From TPA_inf: Saccharomyces (Eukaryota): a stretch of DNA of 64,000 nt. The stretch covers positions 704,001 to 768,000 of the forward strand of contig BK006948.2 of the NCBI GenBank assembly GCA_000146045.2, read 5' to 3'. A program made the position numbers and the translations under genes. Under the pieces are notes generated by a model, which saw nothing but the letters and a program-made list of their open reading frames with translations, had not been told where the DNA came from and did no database searches. Below, piece after piece: positions 48,214 to 58,824 of the stretch (position 1 is its first letter; each line of letters opens with the position of its first letter).

Positions 48214-51009
48214 TTATAAATGCAAAACTTCAGTGTTGTCAAAGCGTTCAGCAAAGGCATCCCTTAACCAATAGTATAGTTTTTGGAATACAATTCTTTG
48301 AGCGTTGTGGTACCGGATGGAATGATCAGAGTCTGGAAAAATGTGCATGTCATAGTTCGTCAATCCCAATAGATTCAGTTGATCAACTAATCTAAAAGTA
48401 TTTTGTATGTGAACATTATCATCGAAAGTTCCGTGCACAATGAAAAGACGCTTTAAAGATTCGAATGATTTGAAATTTTGGATGGTGGATACTTCAAAAT
48501 AGCCTTCATGGTTTTCCGATGGTTGGTTCATATATCTTTCCGTGTAAACGGAATCATACAATGTCCAGTTTGTTACTGGCGCGACAGCCATGGCGTATTT
48601 AAATGTGTCGCCGTTGTCTAATTCCACGGTTTTCAAGCTAGTAAAACCGCCGTATGACCAACCCCAAATAGCAATTTTGCTTTCATCTATATGTTGGCTA
48701 TTCCTTTGTATGAATTTTTTTGTGACTTCAGTAATGTCTCTAGGTTCCCAATATCCTAATTTTTCGCGGGCCCATGATCTAAAACTCCAACCTTTACCCC
48801 CAGTTCCTCTGGGCTCTATTTGTAGGACGATAACATCTAATCCTGAAACAACTGCTTGTTCAAACGCAAGAGACGACTTGGTGGTAAATGTTTGAGATCC
48901 TGGACCACCATAAATGTTGACTAATATCGGGTATTTTTTTTTAGGATTTAAATTGGCTGGTTTGATCTCAATGTAATTTATTTCTACGCCATCGTCTAGG
49001 ACCATGGTTTTATAGCTTGTAATAGGTAAATCGTAGTTCTTTATTTTTTCCTTGAACTTTTCATCCTTCGTCAGTTGCAAGATTGAATCATCGTGAATTT
49101 CGGCAACGTTCAAAACCCTTGTAAGCGGACCAGCTACTTTAATAGGTGTATCAGGCCCCAGTTTTTTAGAAATAGCATATCTCGCACTAGAACTTAATTC
49201 GAAGTCATAAAAATCGTATTTGTCTGATGGGTTTTGTAAACTTTGGAAAGTATTCTGAGTTGTAGAATCCGTAAGGCTGATACTATAAAGGTGTTGTGAC
49301 ATGACACCAATCTCATTGGCAGTAAAAAATATAGTATCTGTTTCATATTCGTAGCCGACTATTCCATTTCCAGTCACTTCCCAGTTCCCTTTGGTCAACT
49401 GGATAGGCTCTTTGGCAAAAACGGTTGGGTAATAAAAGAGATGACTGAACCCTCTACTGTCTGCATGAATATCAATGTACCCATAATCCATTCTTTTCAA
49501 CTCTGGCTTTGGGGGGATGCTTAAAATATCCTTCGTCTTTTCGATCCATCCGTTGAACAGGTTTGAATTGGTGTTCCTCACAGTAAGCATTTGAGATGAT
49601 GGTATATCATACACTTTTACGTCTAATATCTTAGAGTTTCTATCGGTGATTTCGAACCTGAATGTATCTGGACTAATCCATTTTCCGTTATACAGAATGG
49701 AATCCTTCTGACCACCAGTATTAATTGAGTAAATTATACCGTTCTGTAAGTTAACGAGAAACAAGTCGAACTGTGGATTTTGGAACCCTGGCTTCGGGTA
49801 TTTGATTTTGGTGTCGGAAAGGTATGCTTCGTTCATATTTGTGTAACGGTTTAATCGGATATCGTCAACACTGGTGTCATTGAATCTTGCAAATACAGCC
49901 TTCGAATCGTCTGGAGCCCACCATATTGCTTGATCAGAAGCAAGGACCTCTTCTTCATATATCCAGTCTGGTTTGGCATTGAATATATCCTTGGAGCCAT
50001 CTTCCGTTACCTTCTTGGCAACTCCGCTATTTACTTGTTGCAGAAACAGATTGTTCTCGTAAACAAAATAGATATAATTGTATGCAGGAGAAAAATGCGC
50101 ATAGGAAAGTTTTGATAATCCAAGTTCATAATTATCATCTGATTTTTCGGGAGGTAATATCGGTTCAATATTACCTGTGTTTAAGTCTTTGATCCAATAA
50201 AACCCCTTCGAGGAGTGTCTAAACTCAGACTCTAAGTTAGTTCCAAATATAAGTTTATCCAATTTATAATTAATTTGGACAGTACTTACGGTAAATTCTA
50301 CTCCTTCATATAGGAACCTATTGCCCCCAAGGTTTACTTCAAAAGTCTCATCAAATAACTGCTTTGCAATAAAATTCGTATGTCCATCAATTTCTTTTGT
50401 AGTAAAATATAGCCCCGGATCTGAGTCTTGGCCTAATAAGCGCTGTGGTGGGTCAATAAAGTGGAAAGTATCCTCAGGGATGGCAAAATCTCCGTTCAAA
50501 ACGTTTTCAATTGAGAAAGATCTTTTGCCCAAACTAGAATCTCCTGCAGATGTCTTAGGACGCGTGATTTTGGTAGGTAGAAGTTTTGAAGGTATTAGAA
50601 TAACAAGTAGAACTAAAACTGATAGTGCTATTAATGTAAAGACTAAGACATAAGATCTTTTCTCGGGCAGAGACCATTCTCCCCATCGACGATTAAATTT
50701 GTTTACACTGAAAAAGGAATGCGTGTGATGCTGGTTTTCAATATCATTAAACTGGAAGCTTTCTCGTCTGGGACGCATTGAGTATTGTTCCTGGAGAAAG
50801 GGGGTTTGAGGAACATCTGTAACATCTATTGTAGCTTCTGTCGGTCTAATCTCGTTAATTGTATGTCCATTCTCGTTACTTTGAGGATCTGTGTTAGCTA
50901 CACTATCGTTATTAGGAAAGAATGGCTTATCCATGGAAGAGTTTGAACTTTTCCTTTGCGGAAATAAATGACTATTCTTCCTTTTATGCGAATGAGTTGA
51001 AGCAGACAT
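48214..51009 (-). CDS. STE13: Dipeptidyl aminopeptidase A, a type II membrane S9 serine peptidase (alpha-factor processing), 931 aa.
   Basis: It has an N-terminal cytosolic tail, a single TM (LVFTLIALSVLVLLVILIP), a beta-propeller, and a C-terminal alpha/beta hydrolase with GWSYGG and the catalytic D/H. Confidence 0.9.
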   Translation of the reverse strand: MSASTHSHKRKNSHLFPQRKSSNSSMDKPFFPNNDSVANTDPQSNENGHTINEIRPTEATIDVTDVPQTPFLQEQYSMRPRRESFQFNDIENQHHTHSFFSVNKFNRRWGEWSLPEKRSYVLVFTLIALSVLVLLVILIPSKLLPTKITRPKTSAGDSSLGKRSFSIENVLNGDFAIPEDTFHFIDPPQRLLGQDSDPGLYFTTKEIDGHTNFIAKQLFDETFEVNLGGNRFLYEGVEFTVSTVQINYKLDKLIFGTNLESEFRHSSKGFYWIKDLNTGNIEPILPPEKSDDNYELGLSKLSYAHFSPAYNYIYFVYENNLFLQQVNSGVAKKVTEDGSKDIFNAKPDWIYEEEVLASDQAIWWAPDDSKAVFARFNDTSVDDIRLNRYTNMNEAYLSDTKIKYPKPGFQNPQFDLFLVNLQNGIIYSINTGGQKDSILYNGKWISPDTFRFEITDRNSKILDVKVYDIPSSQMLTVRNTNSNLFNGWIEKTKDILSIPPKPELKRMDYGYIDIHADSRGFSHLFYYPTVFAKEPIQLTKGNWEVTGNGIVGYEYETDTIFFTANEIGVMSQHLYSISLTDSTTQNTFQSLQNPSDKYDFYDFELSSSARYAISKKLGPDTPIKVAGPLTRVLNVAEIHDDSILQLTKDEKFKEKIKNYDLPITSYKTMVLDDGVEINYIEIKPANLNPKKKYPILVNIYGGPGSQTFTTKSSLAFEQAVVSGLDVIVLQIEPRGTGGKGWSFRSWAREKLGYWEPRDITEVTKKFIQRNSQHIDESKIAIWGWSYGGFTSLKTVELDNGDTFKYAMAVAPVTNWTLYDSVYTERYMNQPSENHEGYFEVSTIQNFKSFESLKRLFIVHGTFDDNVHIQNTFRLVDQLNLLGLTNYDMHIFPDSDHSIRYHNAQRIVFQKLYYWLRDAFAERFDNTEVLHL

Positions 51010-51327
51010 TAGGGGCTTTCTATATTTTTTACACGAATAACACCCTAACTAAGTTTATTGAGGTCATGAGGCTGGAAGAAAACAACAAAACAAAATAGGT
51101 ATCTAATTTCTGTCATTTCATACTTAAAAGACTCTAGGTACAATCACCTTTGAAGTTGTTTGTTATACCGTGAAACAAATTTCATCGGCCGGGTGGCTAT
51201 GCGTAAAGCCGCGCCTTGATAGAATAAGGAGAGAGGCTTATACTATATACCTTGATGCTACAAAAGCATATAATGGTAGCAATCAAAAACCAAAAAAAGA
51301 TACATTAGCGTTAGAAAATCGGGAATT

Positions 51328-52125
51328 ATGGCAAACCAAAAGCAAATGAGAACTCAAATACTAATCACGGACATTCCTAGTGGCAAATTTACTAGTAAAT
51401 GGCCTACACAACTGGAAAAAACTTTATTCAAGGAGCAATTTCCAAATTTACAAAGTCACTTGCAGTATTACACGCCGTTGCCATTTTTAAACAGAATTAT
51501 AATCATATTTGATAATGAAGATGACACGCTGCAAGTGTTTAAGTTCTTACAGGAATTGTTAGCTAAGGAGAATAGCGGTCCGATGAAGTTATTTGTAACT
51601 GAGTCCCTTTTAAATAATCAACATCCGCGATCTCGTTCCACGGATGATGCTGTTTCGTTGCAAGATAATAACTTGGCACTTTTGGAGGATCATCGCAACA
51701 AACCGCTCTTATCTATTAATACAGATCCAGGAGTCACTGGAGTAGACAGTTCATCCCTCAATAAGGGAGGCTCTTCATTATCTCCGGATAAATCATCTCT
51801 AGAATCGCCCACAATGTTGAAGCTTTCGACGGATTCAAAGCCATTTAGTTACCAAGAACCGCTACCAAAGCTTTCTAGGTCGTCTTCTTCAACTTCGAAC
51901 CTCTCATTGAACAGAAGTTCACAGACATCATTACCTTCACAACTAGAAAATAAGGATAAGTCAGCGTCAGGCACCAAATGCCTTTTCGCCTCTAAGCCAC
52001 TAGGATTGACCATTGATACTTCTACTAGAAGTAATGCTGCATCGTGTACCGAAAATGATGTAAACGCTACTGCCTCAAATCCTCCAAAAAGTCCAAGCAT
52101 AACGGTTAACGAGTTTTTCCATTAG
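51328..52125 (+). CDS. RCN2: Calcineurin regulator Rcn2, 265 aa.
   Basis: Reads MANQKQMRTQILITDIPSGKFTSKWPTQLEKTLFKEQFP... with an RRM-like N-terminus and an S-rich C-terminal half, recognised. Confidence 0.75.
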   Translation: MANQKQMRTQILITDIPSGKFTSKWPTQLEKTLFKEQFPNLQSHLQYYTPLPFLNRIIIIFDNEDDTLQVFKFLQELLAKENSGPMKLFVTESLLNNQHPRSRSTDDAVSLQDNNLALLEDHRNKPLLSINTDPGVTGVDSSSLNKGGSSLSPDKSSLESPTMLKLSTDSKPFSYQEPLPKLSRSSSSTSNLSLNRSSQTSLPSQLENKDKSASGTKCLFASKPLGLTIDTSTRSNAASCTENDVNATASNPPKSPSITVNEFFH

Positions 52126-52475
52126 AGCACTAGAGCATAACTAATACTATAAATTAGACAAAGCAGAAAAAGGGAAAAAGGTTCATGCTATGATAATGTA
52201 AAGAATATGCGTAGAGATATCTATATATCCATTTATACGTTTATATACTTGCGTGTTTACTTTGTATGGCATAATAACATGTATGTTTGCATTAGGGATT
52301 TGTTTTAGTGTATCCAAGAGCGATTAGTATAGAAGGAATGTATGTATGTGTATACGATATTTATATAAAGGGAAGTTGGCTAATTTTTTGCACACTTTCG
52401 TCCTCTTTCCATTTTCAATGAATGCGTAGAAGCACAGACTGGGAGTGGAGAGAGTTCGCAGTTTTGATCTCTTTC

Positions 52476-53558
52476 TCAATCTTTGTTCTCCTCTGCCGCC
52501 TTGTGATAAGCGTCTATAGTTGCTAAAGAGGTGTATTCTATAGTGTCCACTTGGGGACAATTTCTCCGAATAAGGTTATAAATCACATTGCCCGGGCCAA
52601 AGCAAATACTCTTATCAATTTCCACTGGGGTTCCAGAGTTTATGGTATCATAACACATGGTGAATTGCACAGTCCTGCTTGAACACTTAACGAATCTATC
52701 TAGGGCATGATGAATATAGTAAGATATATTACCATCTAAGTTAGCTATTATTGGATGGTTCAACTCCATCAACGTGTGAGTTCCGTTTTTCTTTAATATA
52801 TCCCAAATGTAGTCATAGAGTGGTTCCTGAACGGGCCTCAACACAGTGCTATTATGGAAGGGGATGTTGTATGGGTTAGTTAATTCTGTAATTCTTAAAC
52901 GCGGGAACCTTAAGTTCAATTCTGTTCTTAAGGACTCTAAATCATCAACCAGACCGGTGACTACACATTGCTTTACTGAATTTGCATTTGCTACAGAAAT
53001 GGTATTTTGTGAAGATGATAATAAATTAGGGGAATTTAGTAGTTTTTGCACTTCTTGCGGTAAATCTGTGGCCCTCGGAGAAGAGAGTGCCCACATTTCA
53101 AATTTGTTGGATCTGTTGATATTGTGGGCTACTAAGTACTTTTCAGTAGATGTTACCATTAACTTATTTCTAAAATTAGCAATATCAAAAAGATCCTTTA
53201 ACGAAAACAGTGAATTAACACTCAGACATGTTAACTCGCCTAGCGAGTGACCCAAAAGGTAACATTGTTCATTGTCTTTCTTGTCGGGGGAATCGATCTT
53301 AGTCATATTTTTTGGTGCTTGATCTTGAGGATCAGAAGGATTCGAGAGTATCTGGTACAATTGATAGAAAAGGTTGGAGCAGACTGCAATGCTTCCGGGG
53401 CTGGAAGGGTTCTGGAAGATGTACTGCAATAGATCATTTGATTCCTTGCCGTTCTGACTCAGTATTGTTTGGAATTCTCTTGATTTGTTTCTTATTATCG
53501 CTTTTAATATCGAAATGGAGATGGAGGTCCCTTGACCTGGGAAGGTTAGTAGCTTCAT
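52476..53558 (-). CDS. MCT1: Mitochondrial malonyl-CoA:ACP transacylase (type II FAS), 360 aa.
   Basis: It has the GHSLGE active-site serine motif and MKLLTFPGQGTS (the PGQGSQ-type loop). Confidence 0.88.
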   Translation of the reverse strand: MKLLTFPGQGTSISISILKAIIRNKSREFQTILSQNGKESNDLLQYIFQNPSSPGSIAVCSNLFYQLYQILSNPSDPQDQAPKNMTKIDSPDKKDNEQCYLLGHSLGELTCLSVNSLFSLKDLFDIANFRNKLMVTSTEKYLVAHNINRSNKFEMWALSSPRATDLPQEVQKLLNSPNLLSSSQNTISVANANSVKQCVVTGLVDDLESLRTELNLRFPRLRITELTNPYNIPFHNSTVLRPVQEPLYDYIWDILKKNGTHTLMELNHPIIANLDGNISYYIHHALDRFVKCSSRTVQFTMCYDTINSGTPVEIDKSICFGPGNVIYNLIRRNCPQVDTIEYTSLATIDAYHKAAEENKD

Positions 53559-54329
53559 ACAAACGCTTATATATGTGTACCACGATCAGAAAAGTGCAAA
53601 ACGCTTTGTTACTACCCTCAGTGTACGTTATTGAATAGTTCTAATATGCAGCAAGTTACTGGTAAGCTTTGTTTTACCCTTGAGTTCGATACTCAGTTTA
53701 CTTCCTCCATCGGAGGTTGAAATGCGCCTTGTCATACGGCCAAAAAATGCCATGTAAGAAGATGACACTTTCTGCATTTTGAGTATATTTAAGGGCCTAT
53801 AATTTTCTTCCAACTTTCTCAAGACAAGCATATTGTGTACTTTCGGTTTAGCAAGCCTTTTTACTTCGTTAACACAAGGCGATGCTAACGTGTGTTTACT
53901 GTTTTAGAAGATCGGCATTTATCAAATGTAAGGACAATGAGACATGGTTGACCAATTAGTTCTTCTCAGATAGGAGTTCTAGTTCTTCTGCATACTACTT
54001 AGTCCTCTTCTGTCGTTGACATTCAATTGCTTGTGCATTTCTAACATGAAATAGTGGTACTACGAATGCTATTATTCTATGCCAGGCAAATTCCTCTGGA
54101 ACTTTTTTTTTTTCAGTTTTTTCGTGGTGAGCTTTTTTTGCCTGTCTATCTCGAAAGATCTTGTTGTTGATGACTCAGTGCAGTCGCGATCACTTTCGAC
54201 TCGACATGCATTTGCAAGTAATTCTGTTATAAAACGTTCTCTTCGTTTTTTCAGTCTGAAGCTCTTCTGCACTTTTTTACTGGGTTAGATTCTATATAGT
54301 CAAGTAATTCGAGGTAGCATCAAAGTAAT

Positions 54330-55253
54330 ATGTCATCAGACTCAAACGCAAAGCCATTGCCTTTTATATATCAGTTCATATCAGGTGCCGTCGCCGGTAT
54401 TTCTGAGTTAACTGTTATGTATCCGCTTGATGTTGTTAAGACAAGATTTCAACTGGAGGTGACGACGCCTACTGCCGCTGCAGTAGGAAAGCAAGTAGAG
54501 AGATATAATGGTGTCATCGATTGTTTGAAAAAAATTGTAAAGAAGGAAGGGTTTAGCAGACTTTACAGAGGTATTAGTTCACCAATGTTGATGGAAGCAC
54601 CAAAGAGAGCCACCAAATTTGCATGTAACGATCAATATCAAAAAATCTTCAAAAACCTATTCAACACGAATGAAACTACGCAGAAGATCTCCATTGCGGC
54701 TGGTGCATCTGCTGGTATGACAGAAGCTGCAGTTATTGTTCCATTTGAATTGATCAAAATCAGGATGCAAGACGTCAAGTCCAGCTATCTTGGACCAATG
54801 GACTGTTTGAAAAAAACAATCAAAAACGAAGGTATTATGGGGCTATACAAGGGTATCGAATCTACCATGTGGAGAAACGCTCTTTGGAATGGTGGCTACT
54901 TCGGTGTTATCTACCAAGTGAGAAATTCCATGCCCGTAGCAAAGACAAAGGGACAAAAGACCAGAAATGACCTTATTGCAGGTGCGATCGGTGGTACGGT
55001 CGGGACCATGCTTAACACTCCCTTTGACGTGGTGAAATCCAGAATCCAAAGTGTGGACGCGGTCAGCAGTGCTGTTAAAAAATACAACTGGTGCCTACCT
55101 TCGCTATTGGTCATATACCGTGAAGAAGGCTTCAGAGCATTGTACAAAGGTTTCGTCCCCAAAGTATGTAGACTAGCACCCGGTGGTTCATTAATGTTGG
55201 TGGTTTTTACCGGTATGATGAACTTTTTCAGGGATCTGAAGTACGGACACTGA
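54330..55253 (+). CDS. ODC2: Mitochondrial 2-oxodicarboxylate carrier, 307 aa.
   Basis: It has three mitochondrial-carrier repeats with the signatures PLDVVKTRFQ, PFELIKIRMQ and PFDVVKSRIQ. Confidence 0.88.
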   Translation: MSSDSNAKPLPFIYQFISGAVAGISELTVMYPLDVVKTRFQLEVTTPTAAAVGKQVERYNGVIDCLKKIVKKEGFSRLYRGISSPMLMEAPKRATKFACNDQYQKIFKNLFNTNETTQKISIAAGASAGMTEAAVIVPFELIKIRMQDVKSSYLGPMDCLKKTIKNEGIMGLYKGIESTMWRNALWNGGYFGVIYQVRNSMPVAKTKGQKTRNDLIAGAIGGTVGTMLNTPFDVVKSRIQSVDAVSSAVKKYNWCLPSLLVIYREEGFRALYKGFVPKVCRLAPGGSLMLVVFTGMMNFFRDLKYGH

Positions 55254-55781
55254 TATTTATTGTATATAGAATACCTCTTTCCTCTTCAATCTTAACTACG
55301 TTATTTCTACGTCAAAATAAGAATAGCATGTCTGTCCTACCAGCCCTTGCATAGGCGTCTTAAAATGTTGAGAAGCCTAAACTTCCCTCAATTTCCTACA
55401 CAAAAGGGCATTAAGATGAACAAAATGATGATCTCTCCGATGGACTTGACGCTTATACCAAAAGAGACTCGATATAAACAACACGGTTTTATAGTCCTGG
55501 ATTATTAATCCGCACGATTAATTTTGTATGGTTTTTTTTTAAAATTTGAAATAAAAAGAGTAAATATACAAGAAGTAAAACCGAGGTAGTACTCTTTAGA
55601 AATTCTTCATCTCTTTTTATAGTTGCACTGGGAGGAAAAAAAAATATATATATACTATCTCCATTACCCGGAGTTGAATATAAAGAACGGCGTATTAGGG
55701 TCCCTTGAGTTATTAAAGAAGACGCTTGTGATATAAACCAAGCAAAGAGAGAGGTGAAAGGCAGCATACATTGATAAAATT

Positions 55782-56660
55782 ATGTCCGCAGAACCATTAT
55801 TACCCACACATAACGGATCGCAGGGAGGGGAAGTGAGGTCCCCAGATCAGAAGTTCATTGTGATACGGTTTTCCGACGTATCAGTAAGGGATCTGCAGTT
55901 GAACATATCAAATGTACCATTTTCGAATATAAATACCCACTGGCTACGTCGGATGTGTAGAGAATTGAGGCCCCAACAAACACAAAAAAGAAGACTGAAG
56001 TTTATAAGGAACGGGAGTATTCTGAATACGCATTCCAAGATTGCTGAGGAACTGACGCATTACTTCGATACTGCTAATAACTCTAACGTCGCAACAGGCA
56101 CCAGCGTGGCACCAGAGCAGAACAACTACTATATTCATTGTATAATTGGTACAGAGGAGCTGACACAAGCAGAGTTAGCCAACGAAGATCTAAAGGACGA
56201 TGCAACTCCGTCCAATGACTCCATGACCACGCAGGCCATCGGGTTTGATAGGCTACGATCCGTGGGATTTACTGAGCAAGAAATCGAACTGCTGAGGCAA
56301 CAGTTTCGGGCCACGTATGGAGATTTGGAGGAGGAGGAGGAGAGACTTGCTCAAAATGGCAACAGAGATGATGAGGGCCATGACATTAGACAGTTGGAGG
56401 AACAGTGGATGGAAAGCGGGAGTGGGACCGCTCAGGGGAATGGGGCCGGAGGCGGCAATGAAGACAGGTTTAACTCTGTGCCGATCGCTAACATAAAGCA
56501 CAACAAAGACTTGCTTTTAGGTATATGTGTCGGATTCTTCTTCGGCGTCTTTGGTATACTATTAATGAAGTTTGATGGATTGTTCAACAGACGGCAAAAA
56601 ATGGCGATTTTTGCCGGTGTGATTGTTAATGTTATGTTTTGTCTTGTGAGAGGTTTTTAG
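55782..56660 (+). CDS. DSC3: Golgi Dsc E3 ligase complex subunit, with a UBL-like N-terminus and C-terminal TM helices, 292 aa.
   Basis: It has a ubiquitin-like N-terminal region, an acidic middle, and two C-terminal hydrophobic helices (LLLGICVGFFFGVFGILLM, IFAGVIVNVMFCLV). Confidence 0.75.
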   Translation: MSAEPLLPTHNGSQGGEVRSPDQKFIVIRFSDVSVRDLQLNISNVPFSNINTHWLRRMCRELRPQQTQKRRLKFIRNGSILNTHSKIAEELTHYFDTANNSNVATGTSVAPEQNNYYIHCIIGTEELTQAELANEDLKDDATPSNDSMTTQAIGFDRLRSVGFTEQEIELLRQQFRATYGDLEEEEERLAQNGNRDDEGHDIRQLEEQWMESGSGTAQGNGAGGGNEDRFNSVPIANIKHNKDLLLGICVGFFFGVFGILLMKFDGLFNRRQKMAIFAGVIVNVMFCLVRGF

Positions 56661-56824
56661 TAGTGAGGCGATTAGATGTCGTTTTCATGTACAATAATGA
56701 TATTATTTTTTTTTTTTCAATTTTTAGTATTTTACATGGCATTCTTACACTTTTATAAAGTATTATTTATATTACTAGTAGCAGTAAGTGATCGCCCTTT
56801 TTTTTAGCACTCGGTCCAATGCTG

Positions 56825-57265
56825 CTAACGACGAATCAAAAGATAAGCGTTCTCTTGCTTCAAGTTATTCAAATTTCTATAGTTACCTTCTAATCTCATT
56901 AAGAGGCCACCGAATGAGTAGTAAACGGCAATTAGATCCTTGCTTACTTCCTCAAACTTGTAAGCGGTACCATACATGACGTAATCATAATCATCTGCAA
57001 GGGATCTGTCACCAGCCTGTGGAGGTCTCCAGCTTCTTGTCGCAGAAGAGTCGTTAGCTGGGGTGTCTTCGAGGTTTAAAGAGGATGCAATAGTCACTGT
57101 CAAAGAATCTTGTGCGGCGACGGGAAACAATTCAACATTTATATCCAAGGTTAGTTTGCATTGGTCCTGAGTGGTAGATGCGGCTTCGATACGGCAGACT
57201 TTGTTATAACGACCGGGATCAACTTCCGAGACTTGGAATATATCATCAAATAGAGTGTTAGACAT
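56825..57265 (-). CDS. RPB8: RNA polymerase I/II/III common subunit ABC14.5, 146 aa.
   Basis: [49 protein letters not shown]... is recognised and has an OB fold. Confidence 0.93.
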
Positions 57266-57613
57266 TGCTGCGGTTGTTATGGAAGCAATGAGCTGGCAAC
57301 TGGGCTTTTATAGCTGCCATCACAGTTTAAATATTCTGAAATTTTTCATCTTAGTTTTCGCTTTAGAAAAAAAAAAATGTGAAAATGAAAGATGAAAATA
57401 AGACCTGGAGAAAACCTATCACGTCTGACGAACATGAAAAAACTAAGTCAAAATTTGATACATAATGTCACTAGTATTATGACTGTTTCTGATATTAATT
57501 ACTTATTATTATACCTAATTATTCTTTTAACCCTTTCTATAAAACAACCAGAAAAAAAAAACCGGAAAGAGAGGACCTCTTGTATTTTATCATATTATCG
57601 TATCGCCTCTCTT

Positions 57614-58084
57614 TCAATGCAAAACGGAGGGGTTCCTCTTTGTTTTGTAGTCCTTGATTGCCGCCTTGATAGCGTCTTCTGCAAGCATGGAACAATGCAG
57701 TTTTACTGGAGGAAGACTTAGCTCCTTCGCGATTTCCGTGTTTTTAATTTTAACGGCCTCATCAAGTGACATACCGCGTACCAGCTCGGTCATGTAGGAG
57801 GAGGAAGCGATGGCAGACCCACACCCGAAGGTCTTGAACTTAACGTTCTCGATAATACCCGATTTATCATTCACCTGTATTTGTAGTTTTATCACATCAC
57901 CACACGCAGGGGCGCCCACGATTCCTGTGCCGACATTAGCTAAGGACTTATCCATGGACCCAACGTTTCTTGGGTTTGTGTAGTGGTCAATTACCTTAGG
58001 ATGGTAAAGTCTTTTGGCAGCTCTTGTTATGTGGGAGCCCGTGAGAGGCTTGAAGTGGGCAGGATTAGCGAGTCTGGCGAACAT
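57614..58084 (-). CDS. ISU2: Mitochondrial Fe-S cluster scaffold (IscU family), 156 aa.
   Basis: It has the conserved Cys in GAPACGDV, GCGSAIASS, and LPPVKLHCSMLAEDAIKAAIKDY. Confidence 0.9.
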   Translation of the reverse strand: MFARLANPAHFKPLTGSHITRAAKRLYHPKVIDHYTNPRNVGSMDKSLANVGTGIVGAPACGDVIKLQIQVNDKSGIIENVKFKTFGCGSAIASSSYMTELVRGMSLDEAVKIKNTEIAKELSLPPVKLHCSMLAEDAIKAAIKDYKTKRNPSVLH

Positions 58085-58824
58085 CTATGCTGTGCTATGT
58101 TTGTTGGTGATGTATGAGCTGTAATGAAACCTCAGCGTTGTCTACATATGCTTCTTTTGCTGTTGTTATATACTGCTATACTGCTGCACCGGCCGGCCCC
58201 AGGTGCTTATTAATAGTAGGTTCCGCATAGGGAAAAAACGAGGGCGCCAAAAAACGTTGGGCCTGAACCGGACTCTGAAACAATAGAATCATGGTGACTC
58301 GGATATATGCAGTATGCTGTGTATCTGTATTATGGGTGTACATATATAAACATCTGACCACTATAAAGTTGCAGTCATAATTCCATACCATGCCTTTCTA
58401 GACTGGGAAGGTGCGGACCCTGTAATGAAATAAGAATAATTCCATAGTGGTTTGGCGTTTCCTTTTCCGGGTTATGCTTAATTATTTCTTGAGTTTGTCT
58501 GCCTTTTGTTTTTGCTTAGTAACGTTAAGGGGCAGGTTAAAGAAGCGACATGATTGACAGTTCGATGGGTTAAGGTGGAAAGCGAACCCTCTATAACTTA
58601 CATTTGACTCTTCCATTTGGTTGCAGTTGCCACATTTCTCGAGAACTAGCCTGTTCCCGTTTTATTACCACTTGCATTACGTATTTTCTCCTTTCCTCCT
58701 CGCACCAGTTCCCTTCCTTCAGTGATACTGTCGTCTAATATTTGACTGAGTCCCTTCCTTTTTTCTTCATTCTCTTTGGCCATTGTATATGTATTAATTT
58801 GTATCTGGTTGAATCTAGTCTGAC

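Noticed and set aside
57392-57721. Plus-strand 109-aa ORF.
   Set aside because: It overlaps the ISU2 3' end on the opposite strand and its upstream half is in the promoter of RPB8. This is the dubious YOR225W.
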